Shown one piece after another: positions 17,645 through 27,100 of a DNA stretch of 34,843 bases. How positions within the stretch are numbered: position 1 is the first letter of the stretch; each line of letters opens with the position of its first letter. This DNA is from Candidatus Sigynarchaeum calidifontis (lineage in GTDB: Archaea > Asgardarchaeota > Lokiarchaeia > Sigyniarchaeales > Sigyniarchaeaceae). The notes under the pieces were generated by a model. That model saw nothing but the letters and a program-made list of their open reading frames with translations, did not search any database and was not told the origin of the DNA. The translations under genes and the position numbers were made by a program. The DNA lies in NCBI GenBank assembly GCA_030587475.2, contig JAUQYZ020000113.1, positions 1-34,843 of the forward strand. Direction: 5' to 3'.

Positions 17645-19864
17645 ATGAGAGTTTCACAAGATCAGCGGCTCGTTCATGCTTTCGTCGGCAGCAGTTTTGC
17701 CATAGGCGCCGGCGTGTACTGCCTTTGCATAATGCAGCAGATGGGCACGTATGGCTTCGTTCCTGCCATTATCGCGGCGATCATGTTCACCGGCGCATAT
17801 ACTATGCGGGATCCCGTGAAAGAGAAGGTGGGCGGCCTGGTTCTACTCTTCGGCGTGGTTCTTCTCTTCATGACCTTCAACAACGTCACCAACTCGATGG
17901 TTTCGCAATATGGCATCGACCTCGGCTCGGAAAACTTGAACTTCGGTATCATCGACCGGGCCATCGTCACGACACTCCTCATCCTCGGCGGGACCTACGG
18001 GCTCGTCGGCGCGATCGATGGCATCTTCGAAAAGGATGTCTTCTTCAAGTTTCTCCAGCAATGGAAGATCCCGAAGATCACCATGCTCTTGAATGCCGCG
18101 TTAACCAGCTTCGCGCTGCTCTGGATCTCTTTTTACATCATGATCACGCGACACTGGCTTGAAAGCTTGCTCTTCTTGCCGATGGCGGCGGCGGCGATGA
18201 TCGCGTTTTTCATTGGCTGGTGGACGATCAACAGGGGCAAGTCGATCAGCATCATCGTATTGGGAAACATCCTATGTGCCGTGCTCTTTGGCTTCTTGAG
18301 CTTGCTCGATTTCATCTACCTTCCCCTCTGCATGCTGAATATCCTCTCGAACGGCGCGTTGATCAGCTCGACGGGCGAGCAAGTAACTTTCTGGCCACGC
18401 TTGCACAAGGTTCGCCACGTGGGGCCGCGGGTCATCATGCGGGTTCTGATGGGTGCTGGTTTGGTGGGCCTCGTGGCCGGATCCGCGCTGGGATACTTGA
18501 TCATATACTGGCCAGCGACCACGATCTCGGTACCCGCGAGCAACCGGACGGACATCATGGAGATCAACTGGGCATATGGTAGCGAGCAGACCCGGGACTT
18601 CGACTGGATCACCAGGCCCGAGATCATCAACATGATCCAGACCATCAACAACAATTCCGCTTATTACCACATCAACATCTCTATCACGGTGCCTGTTGTC
18701 AGGGAGATATTCAATGCCTCGGTGATCAACATAATGAAAACGCTCTATGCCAAGAATATCACGTTCGACTTGATGCCCATAGTCGACTCGTCGCAATTTG
18801 GCCTCGGCGACGAATATATACACGACGGGAGCATCAGTCGTTATCGAAAGATATACCAGGAGATGCGTGAGTGGCTCATCGACGAGGGGGTCGTCGATCC
18901 CGGGAACGTGTCGATGCCAAACGGTCGGATGTACCGGGCTCTCGTGGTGGACCTAGAACGGACCCAGCAAATTTCAGGCAGCATCAGCGGGCTCGTCATG
19001 AACTACATTGGCGGGCCAGATCCCCACGTGCTCGGGAGCAACGAGCTGATCGCCCTGATGAACGAGTTCAAGAGAAATGGCGAAAAAGTAGCCGGTGCTT
19101 TCTTCGACTTCCACATCTTCGACTTCATGGATATGGACGACGCGCAGCAAGAGTTCTTCAAGATCAGCATCGTGCCGCCGTTCGACTGGGAGTACATAGC
19201 GACCATGGTCTACCAGACGGGCCCCGGTTCGAATTTATCCGTCCTCGCGTATGCGAACGACATGAATTACCACTTCGGTAACAAGGGTGTCCCGTACGTC
19301 GTGACCTACGACTCGGATTACGAGGACATCCTTACCCGGTTCCGCATCTTGAAGAATAAGGGATTTCCGAAGGTCGGCGCGTGGGCCATGCACGAGCTTT
19401 TCTTCAACGGTACGAGCAACAAGCCCGGGGATCCAGATTTTAACAACACGGATTACGACTTGTTTGGTATCGATCGCCCGCATAGAAATACGAAGGGAGA
19501 ACGGGATACCTGGAATATCAGCCGGTTCATCCAGCTCCACGATGACCTCAAGGGAAACGACGACGTGACCTTCGTATTTGACCAATTCCAGGAAACGAAC
19601 AAGTACATGATGCTCGCGTTTTTGCTGGATGCATGGCTCGTGCGACGCCCGATATACACGTCGTGGCCAATAATGGGAACGCGCCTACCAGAAGCGCAGT
19701 TCGACACGTTCACCATATTGGGCGTCGTGACTTTCATCGTGATCGGCTTTTTCGCTTTCTACATCGCCTGGGACCCGTACCATCGCAAGCCCAAGGCGCG
19801 GACGCAAAAGTTGGACGCGACAACCGCCGCTCTGCTCAATAGAAAGGAAGGGGAGGCTATCTAA
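17645..19864 (+). CDS. Polytopic membrane protein with an extracellular GH18-like barrel domain (paralog of 12701..15610)
   Basis: About 9 N-terminal TM helices. Soluble domain with YRALVVDLE, TMVYQT, KVGAW and many sequons. C-terminal TM helix. Confidence 0.78.
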   Translation: MRVSQDQRLVHAFVGSSFAIGAGVYCLCIMQQMGTYGFVPAIIAAIMFTGAYTMRDPVKEKVGGLVLLFGVVLLFMTFNNVTNSMVSQYGIDLGSENLNFGIIDRAIVTTLLILGGTYGLVGAIDGIFEKDVFFKFLQQWKIPKITMLLNAALTSFALLWISFYIMITRHWLESLLFLPMAAAAMIAFFIGWWTINRGKSISIIVLGNILCAVLFGFLSLLDFIYLPLCMLNILSNGALISSTGEQVTFWPRLHKVRHVGPRVIMRVLMGAGLVGLVAGSALGYLIIYWPATTISVPASNRTDIMEINWAYGSEQTRDFDWITRPEIINMIQTINNNSAYYHINISITVPVVREIFNASVINIMKTLYAKNITFDLMPIVDSSQFGLGDEYIHDGSISRYRKIYQEMREWLIDEGVVDPGNVSMPNGRMYRALVVDLERTQQISGSISGLVMNYIGGPDPHVLGSNELIALMNEFKRNGEKVAGAFFDFHIFDFMDMDDAQQEFFKISIVPPFDWEYIATMVYQTGPGSNLSVLAYANDMNYHFGNKGVPYVVTYDSDYEDILTRFRILKNKGFPKVGAWAMHELFFNGTSNKPGDPDFNNTDYDLFGIDRPHRNTKGERDTWNISRFIQLHDDLKGNDDVTFVFDQFQETNKYMMLAFLLDAWLVRRPIYTSWPIMGTRLPEAQFDTFTILGVVTFIVIGFFAFYIAWDPYHRKPKARTQKLDATTAALLNRKEGEAI

Positions 19865-19880
19865 TCCCTTCTCCCCCATC

Positions 19881-19894
19881 TTTTCTTTCTTTTT
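19881..19894 (+). terminator. Oligo-T terminator
   Basis: ttttctttcttttt after the stop at 19864. Confidence 0.45.
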
Positions 19895-19951
19895 ATCCTT
19901 TAATTTCGGATCGGTGAAACTTTTTTCAACTAGAGGTCGTTAGCTCCGTTC

Positions 19952-20638
19952 ATGTCGCAAGAGAACCACGATGAGTTCAAGGAATACAAGGAGCAAGTCG
20001 TCGCGGGAGCTAAAGCAATTTACAACATGGGCCTCGTGCAATTCGGCGAGGGAAACGTCTCCGTGCGCGTGAAAAAGACCGATGAATTCTTCATCACCCC
20101 CTCTCAAAACGACTACGCGAAGATGACCGTGAACGACGTCGTGCACATGAAGATGGATGGCACGCCGATCAGCCAGGGAAAGCCGGTCTCGTCAGAATAC
20201 AAGCTCCACGTGGCCATCTACCAGGCACGTCCAAAGGTCAATTGCGTCATCCATACGCACTCGCCATATGCGAGCATGCTGGGCATTGCCTTGAAGGAGA
20301 TCCCTCCCATTTTCGAGGAGATGATCACCTTCCTGGGCGGTCCAGTGCGACTCGCTCCCTACACGCAGTCCGGGACCGAGGAGCTTGGTAAAGTTGCCTT
20401 GGAAGCCATGGGCGACACGAACACGTGCTTGCTCACGAACCACGCCGTCGTGGCTTGCGGGCGCGACCTGGACAAGGCCGTCAAGGCGGCGAGCCTCGTC
20501 GAGAAGATGGCAATGATCTACTGGGGCGCCTTGCAAATCGGCGCACATGTAGAGACAATTCCCGAAGACAAGATCGAGAAGTTCAAGGACATGTTCAAGG
20601 GACTCTTCTCGACCGCGCCACGGAAAAAAGTGGAATAA
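19952..20638 (+). CDS. Class II aldolase/adducin family protein (FucA/MtnB-like)
   Basis: GNVS, ITPS, SSEYKLH, HTHSPYA and NHAVV Zn-binding motifs. Confidence 0.92.
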   Translation: MSQENHDEFKEYKEQVVAGAKAIYNMGLVQFGEGNVSVRVKKTDEFFITPSQNDYAKMTVNDVVHMKMDGTPISQGKPVSSEYKLHVAIYQARPKVNCVIHTHSPYASMLGIALKEIPPIFEEMITFLGGPVRLAPYTQSGTEELGKVALEAMGDTNTCLLTNHAVVACGRDLDKAVKAASLVEKMAMIYWGALQIGAHVETIPEDKIEKFKDMFKGLFSTAPRKKVE

Positions 20639-20736
20639 ACATGCCCCTTCCTTTGATTTCTGGTCATCCTGGGCCATGAACACGGGGACACGTGCAGCGA
20701 AGGATTCAAAAAAGATGCGGATGACATGTAAGCATC

Positions 20737-21000
20737 ATGGCGGTACCTACCAAGAAGAAACCGACTGACGCGGAGATCCAAGCGGCAAAGAAATGGGCCA
20801 TCTGGGAAAAGGAAGAATCCACGTTCGACTGGCACTACGATAGCGAGGAGACGTTTTACGTGCTCGAGGGCGACGTGACTGTCACGTGGAAGGGCGGCGA
20901 GATCTCGTTCACGAAAGGGGATTTGGTCACGTTCCCTGAGGGCTTGGACTGCACGTGGCACGTCAAGAAGAAGATCCGGAAGCATTACAACTTCAAGTAA
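20737..21000 (+). CDS. Small cupin (DUF861/EutQ-like)
   Basis: W.IWEKE.S.FDWHY..EETFYVLEG.V, GDLVTFP.G..CTW.V. Confidence 0.9.
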   Translation: MAVPTKKKPTDAEIQAAKKWAIWEKEESTFDWHYDSEETFYVLEGDVTVTWKGGEISFTKGDLVTFPEGLDCTWHVKKKIRKHYNFK

Positions 21001-21704
21001 TGCAGAATACATCAAGCGAGGCCATCCTGGACGTGAAAAAACCGGCGCCGCGCGCGGGGGATATCCAGCAGCGCATCCGAAGGCTGAAGATGACGAAGGT
21101 CGTCGAGGTCGAGGGTGCGAAGGTCGGGGACGCGGCGCCGACCTTCCGGTACATCATCATGAACCTCCCGATGAGTAAGGTGTCGAAGGAGAAGCTCGAC
21201 GAGATGGCCGAAAAGACTCGCCATGTCCGGCCGCTCCTCAAGTTATGGATCGCGACCGATGCCGATATCCCCCGCCTGGTCGATCTCTACAATGCATCTT
21301 TCTTCCAATGCCCGGATCCATATCGCCCCGTCACGGAGGCGGATATGCGTGCGATCTTCGAGAAATCGACCATCATCATGGGAAGCATGTACGGAATGGA
21401 CGCTGGGTTCATCGTGAACAAGATCGAGACGAGCGTTTCCGAATCCGGGAAACAAGAGCGCGTGGGGGTTATCTGTGGCATCGCAGTGCATCCCCGGTTC
21501 CGTCAAAAAGGCGTAGCAACTGCGATCGGCCTCGAGGCCTATGAATTTTTCAAGGACAAGAAAATCGACTATTTACAATGTGAGGTCTACGAGAAAAACG
21601 ACCCGAGCATGTCGTTCATCACGTGGGTCGGGTTCCGCCCCGCAGGCCAGCTCGTCGTGAAGACGCCATCGGCGCAGCAAATCAATCCCCTGGAACACGT
21701 GTGA
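21000..21704 (+). CDS. GNAT family N-acetyltransferase
   Basis: IAVHPRFRQKGVAT acetyl-CoA motif and N.PS..F...GF. ATG 21000 overlaps the cupin stop (TAATG). Confidence 0.88.
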   Translation: MQNTSSEAILDVKKPAPRAGDIQQRIRRLKMTKVVEVEGAKVGDAAPTFRYIIMNLPMSKVSKEKLDEMAEKTRHVRPLLKLWIATDADIPRLVDLYNASFFQCPDPYRPVTEADMRAIFEKSTIIMGSMYGMDAGFIVNKIETSVSESGKQERVGVICGIAVHPRFRQKGVATAIGLEAYEFFKDKKIDYLQCEVYEKNDPSMSFITWVGFRPAGQLVVKTPSAQQINPLEHV

Positions 21705-21865
21705 GCACACGGGCGCTTCATGATTTCATTCTCAAGATCGTTCAATAGATTACACATTCGGATCCAAGGGGATCTCGCCCGCACCGTGACCTTTTCGAAC
21801 AAAACATATTAATCAATGCCACGTCCTTATTCATAATGACCTTTAAGGTCGAAACGTGAGGCAAC

Positions 21866-22096
21866 GTGCCTTTTAAAAAGGAATTCGATTCAAAGCTCGA
21901 GCCTGTTCGTGAAATAGGCTTTATCCTCACTGAAATCAAGGAGATTGCAACATATTCCGAGATAAAAATAACGAATAAAGGCAACGGTATATATATAGCC
22001 CGGGTCGGGTTCCAGCCTGTTATAGAGAAGGACCGGGAAGAGATAACCGAAAAAATTACCCGGTTACTCGAGAAGCACATGTGGGAAAAGGAATGA
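21866..22096 (+). CDS. Small hypothetical protein
   Basis: 76-aa AT-rich ORF filling the intergenic gap, with a plausible alpha/beta pattern. GTG start. Confidence 0.5.
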   Translation: MPFKKEFDSKLEPVREIGFILTEIKEIATYSEIKITNKGNGIYIARVGFQPVIEKDREEITEKITRLLEKHMWEKE

Positions 22097-22102
22097 TAGA
22101 TT

Positions 22103-22987
22103 TTACCTTATTTTTTTGATCTTGAACCCCAGCGCGTGTATCTTTATCACGTTCCAGGGTGTTGCGAGGGTAAACTTGAGATCCGGCACGTAATGCCGGC
22201 TCAATTGCACCCAACGGCCGAGGATGGCCGCGTTCACGCCGAGCTTAGAGAAAAAACGCTGCTGGCTTGGTTTCGGCGGGCGCTCCCCGACCATGGAATA
22301 CGTCGCCGCGTACATTGACCACTTCACCGCCTCGACGGCGTACCTCGTGGCTTGTTTCGTGAGCGGGAGCAGCACGATCGCACCCATGGCGAGGATCACG
22401 TTCATCAACAGGCTTTTCACGAGGTCCAGGAGCAGGTCCTTCTTGCGACGGGTCGTAGATTGCATCGCCCGAACGCTGTTCTCCATCGCGCCATTGCCGT
22501 GGACAAGGGTCATATGACACAGCGCGGAGCCGAAGACGATGCTTGTCGGGGCGAGCAACCTGGAGAGGATCTTGTTGGTCTTGAAGATGCTTGCAAAGCG
22601 CGCGGCCTTGAAGTCTTGTTCTTTGGACATGAAAATGCTCTCGTGCATCCCCGTCTGGCGTTCGATGACCTCCAAGATGGTCGCGACGATCCCTCGTCGC
22701 GAGACAACGTTGTTGGGGAGAATACGCTGGAGGGCATTCAATTCTGGTAATGCCTTTCTCGCCCGGCCTGCAACCTCGTCCTTCACGATGACCAGCAAGT
22801 CGACATCGCTCGTACCATCCACGCAATCTGCATTGTCCATCGCCTGACTTAGCGATCCGAAGAGGAACAGCGCATAACACGTGCTCGGGATGTATTTATC
22901 GAGCACCTTGATGACGCGCTTGATGTACGCGGCCGCGCACCGCGGGAGCTCATTCGGGATGCACGCGGGTGTGGTCAAAAGGGGCAC
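22103..22987 (-). CDS. Pol-beta superfamily nucleotidyltransferase with a helical C-terminal domain
   Basis: LFLFGS...SDVDLLVIV (hGS..DxD). Confidence 0.8.
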   Translation of the reverse strand: MPLLTTPACIPNELPRCAAAYIKRVIKVLDKYIPSTCYALFLFGSLSQAMDNADCVDGTSDVDLLVIVKDEVAGRARKALPELNALQRILPNNVVSRRGIVATILEVIERQTGMHESIFMSKEQDFKAARFASIFKTNKILSRLLAPTSIVFGSALCHMTLVHGNGAMENSVRAMQSTTRRKKDLLLDLVKSLLMNVILAMGAIVLLPLTKQATRYAVEAVKWSMYAATYSMVGERPPKPSQQRFFSKLGVNAAILGRWVQLSRHYVPDLKFTLATPWNVIKIHALGFKIKKIR

Positions 22988-23047
22988 CGGTGGTATTGGA
23001 ATAGTAAGAAATGATCGAGAATGATCGGAAGTGCGGTCGTGATAAGG

Positions 23048-23236
23048 TTAACCTTCCAGTCTTTCCCCGCAGCCTGGGCAACTCGAAAGCCCGGCATCAT
23101 TCAATTTTTCCTCGCAAAATGGGTCGTATTTCTTGACCTCCCGTTCTCCAGCGGCGGCTAGCGTGTTCGAGGCGCGGTGTTGCGGATGAGTAGAAAGGAC
23201 CAATAGACGAAGAAAAATGCACAAACCAAGCAGCAA
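23048..23236 (-). pseudogene. Probable degraded TM + Zn-ribbon gene remnant
   Basis: KYDPFC..KL....CPGCG (first Cys lost). A hydrophobic segment CCLVCAFFFVYWSFLLIR lies in another frame upstream. Confidence 0.3.
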
Positions 23237-23280
23237 TGGCTCAACTCGGGATCACGAGTTTGATGGGTGAAATCCTTTTC

Positions 23281-23760
23281 CTATTCCTCCTTGAGATTGA
23301 TAACAGTCGGCGGGTTTGGAAAATCACCATCGAAGTCAACCCGGCCTTGCTCTTTCATTTTTCTCAATACCAAGCGGAGGCCCTCGAAATGTTCGCCCAG
23401 TTGCGCGATGATATCCTTGTATGCCATGCTCCCGTTTTTTTCCTTCAAGAGCTTCAAGATGGCAACGACGGCATCCGTGGGGGGCGCGCCCGATTTCGAC
23501 GAGGAGGTGGTTTCGTCCTTTACCCGCTTGAGCGCGAGAGCGCGGTCTTCTTCCTTGACCAGCTTGATCTTCCCGCCGAACGCTGGGACGACGCCATCAA
23601 ACGATACCAGGCCTTGTTCCTTCAATTTCTTGAGGATGATGCGGCAACCCTCAAATTTATCCGCGCATTTTTCGTTAAGTTCTTTGAACCCCATTTCTCC
23701 CTTGTTCTCGGCTAATGTTTTCAAGATAAATTGTTCTTCGCTTGTAGGAATGGCATACAC
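23281..23760 (-). CDS. Protein with two tandem winged-helix-like repeats
   Basis: PT....IL..L.E..G.M..K........FEG.R..L.K.KEQG.V.FDG..P occurs twice. Confidence 0.8.
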   Translation of the reverse strand: MYAIPTSEEQFILKTLAENKGEMGFKELNEKCADKFEGCRIILKKLKEQGLVSFDGVVPAFGGKIKLVKEEDRALALKRVKDETTSSSKSGAPPTDAVVAILKLLKEKNGSMAYKDIIAQLGEHFEGLRLVLRKMKEQGRVDFDGDFPNPPTVINLKEE

Positions 23761-24150
23761 CCTTTTTTAATTTGTTTTTACATAATTGACCTTCAACGCG
23801 CATACCTGCTCGAGTTCTAAGCACAAGCGTGGAAAGTCTGTCGTTTTCTGTTAACTGATTGGAGTATACCGATAAAAAAATTCCGCTTGTGGACTTGAAT
23901 ACCTTTCATTGTTGAATTATCACGTTAAAAGGTCACATTTCTCGAAATCCTCCGTTGGAGAAACGCATGTTAGTTTTTTTTTCATTCCAAATCAAAGCGT
24001 GGACTACGCCCCTCCCACACGAAACATACAGCTCCCTAGAACGAAAAGCGAGGCAAGTTCTAGGCTGCTAGAAACATAGCATTAAAAAGCGCATTTGACG
24101 ATGTTGGATCACTTCATGTCTTCTTTGAATTATATAAAGGATGATAAATC

Positions 24151-27100
24151 ATGTTCGTGAAACAACTTCGCCAAGCTAATTTCTTCAAGAAATTGTTGTT
24201 AGGCGTGGGGATATTCTCCGTTATTATTTTCTTGTCTGGGGATGATTCCACCACGTCAATGAAGCCGATATATGCTGGTAAAACGTTCCCCTCGTGGATT
24301 AGCGCACCGATATATATAAATGGTAACGCAAATCTTGCTACCTTTTGTGGAACTAACGGGACTGGCACGGAAGGAGATCCGTACACAATCACATATGCCG
24401 AGATCACGGGCGCTGGTGTATCGGGCGCGGCACTTTACATCAACAACACGAGCGCCTACCTCACCATTGAAAACTGCACGGTGAGCGGGGCAAGTGGGGA
24501 CATGCAAGTGGGTATCTACTTGAACAATTGTAGCCACGTGATCGTGAGAGGTTGCAGTGCAACGGAAAATTATGCGGGTATTGTCGTGGCATGGTCAAAC
24601 AACGTGACAATAACGGGAAGTGATGCATCAGATAATGCATACATCGGACTTGCAATAACCAATTCCAGCGATTGTAACATAACGTGGAATCGTGCTATTG
24701 ATAACGCGCTCGCCGGGATAGGAATGGCCAGCTCCAGCGGATTGATCATATCCCACAACAACGCCTCGTTGAATGAAAATTACGGGATCATTTTGTCCAG
24801 CGCCGGTGGGAACACGGTTGAGGAGAACGAAGTAACATACAACAGAAATATGGGCATCCAGCTTTCACAGTCTAACGCGAACTCGATCAAGCATAACTAT
24901 GTTTACAACAACTCTGCCGGCCATGGGATCGTGCTGGATCGGTCAAACTCGAATAACGTGACGCAGAACACGGCATCCAAGAACAATGTTGCAGGGATAT
25001 ACGTCTACAACTCGGACAATAACATCATCGATGGCAACATCTTCAGCTATAACACGGACGGTATCATCCTCGATGCTGGTTTTCTGCAAAGCTCCCAAGG
25101 GAACCAGATCATGATGAACAACGTTAGCGCAAATGATATGGTCGGGATCTTAATCGGGAATGCGGATTCCAATTCAATCACCTTGAACAATTTCATCGGG
25201 AACCTGGTGCAAGCGTATATCGGAGCATCATTGTTTAATTTCAACATTAACAACGACTGGAACAACACCGCGCTTGGAAATTATTGGAGCGATTACACGA
25301 CCCAATATCCCTATGCAACGAACGATGGCATAACTTGGAATACACCAAGATACATCATCAACACGGTCTCGCCGGCGCCATCCCGCGCGTACGACTACCA
25401 CCCGCTCGTCCAGCAAGTCACGCTGAATTACCACGCGCCGGCCCTGACGTCAAGAAGCGTCTCCCCGGTCACTGGAACGCTATTGACAAGCTTCACGTTC
25501 CGTGTCACATACACGGATTCCGATAACAATGCACCCATAGCAATCTCCCTCATAATCGCCGGCAATTCATACCCTCTACAGAAGCAAACCCCGGGCGACG
25601 TGAACTATATGGATGGCTGCGTGTATTTCAGGACGATGTACTTGCCGGCCGGTATTTGGAACTTCCAGTTCTCGTGTAGCGACACGAGGTTTTCCAACGC
25701 GACCCTGTTTTCCTCCGTGACCGTAACGTCCTCAAACATCGCGGTCCCCACTCTTGTTTCCGGCGACGTTATGCCCGGCCATGGCTACAGTGATACGACC
25801 GTTTTCGAATTCACGGTCATCTACACGGACACGGATAATAACGCCCCCATGGCCATCAACGTGACCGTCTCTTCCACGGCGCAAAACGCCACGTTTGCGA
25901 TGGCAAAACTCGACCCGTTGGACACGAATTACGTCGACGGGTGTACTTATGTCGTCCGCACGAAGTTGACCGGCGTCGCCAACTACACGTATCAATATCA
26001 CGCTTATGATGGTGCCTTCGTGGGCACATCGCCGGTTTACTCTGGGCTCGAGGTGGATCCCTATTACCCGATAGCCACCAATGGCATGCAATGCGCCTAT
26101 GAAGGTTGGGTCGAGAACAATATGCAACCCCGCCAGACCATTTCCACCGTGGAGATATTCACGGGCGGGCCTACTTATTTCAACGTGGCATCGTCCATCC
26201 AATCTCGAACGATAAATGGCCGCACGCGCGTCATAACGGCCATCAGTGGCAACCAAACCTTCAAGGTCGGTTCCCATGAACCCGTGCGCATCTTCACGGA
26301 TGTCGAGATCGGCAGCAAGGTGCTCATCGCTGTCGTGTTGGAGCAGAACGGGGATCAAGAGTTCACGGTTACCGGCGAGACCGAGATCATCGCCATGAAC
26401 CGGCTATTCAAGTGTTGGGTCCTCGAATCGCCTTCGGGAAGCGTTGTATACTATGACACGTACTCGGGCGTGCTCGTGAACGGGACCTTTTATTCGACGT
26501 TCCTTGGGGTTAACATCACCTATAGCATCCAACTCACATCGACGGCCGTTCTCACGCTGGCACCGAACACCCACGCGCCAGCGCTGGATTTTCCCACCTA
26601 TTCACCAAGTTCCGGAACCCAGAACACGCTGTTCACGTTCCGCGTGACCTACACCGACTTGGATAATCTTGGCCCTGTTTCTATGAACGTCACGATCAAC
26701 GGCACGAATTATTCCATGGTCAAGCAGGACCCGTCAGACACGACCTACACGGACGGGTGCGTGTACCAGTATTCAACCTACCTTCAACCTGGAAGTTACG
26801 TGTACAAGTTTACCACGAGCGACGGCGTGAATATCACCACGACGGGTACCTTGACCGGGCCGACCGTGACATTGAGCAACACGCGTGCTCCCACGTTGAC
26901 CGGTATCCAAGCGAACCCGCCGAGCGGGTACAACGGATCGACGTTGTTTTCCTTCACGATCACCTACACCGACTTGGATAACAACGCGCCGCGCTGGCTT
27001 AACATGACGATCAACGGGACCGTCGTCGTGATGCACAAGGTCGATCCATTCGACTCGAGTTACACGAACGGCTGCCTTTACACCTGCAGCATCGTGCTCA

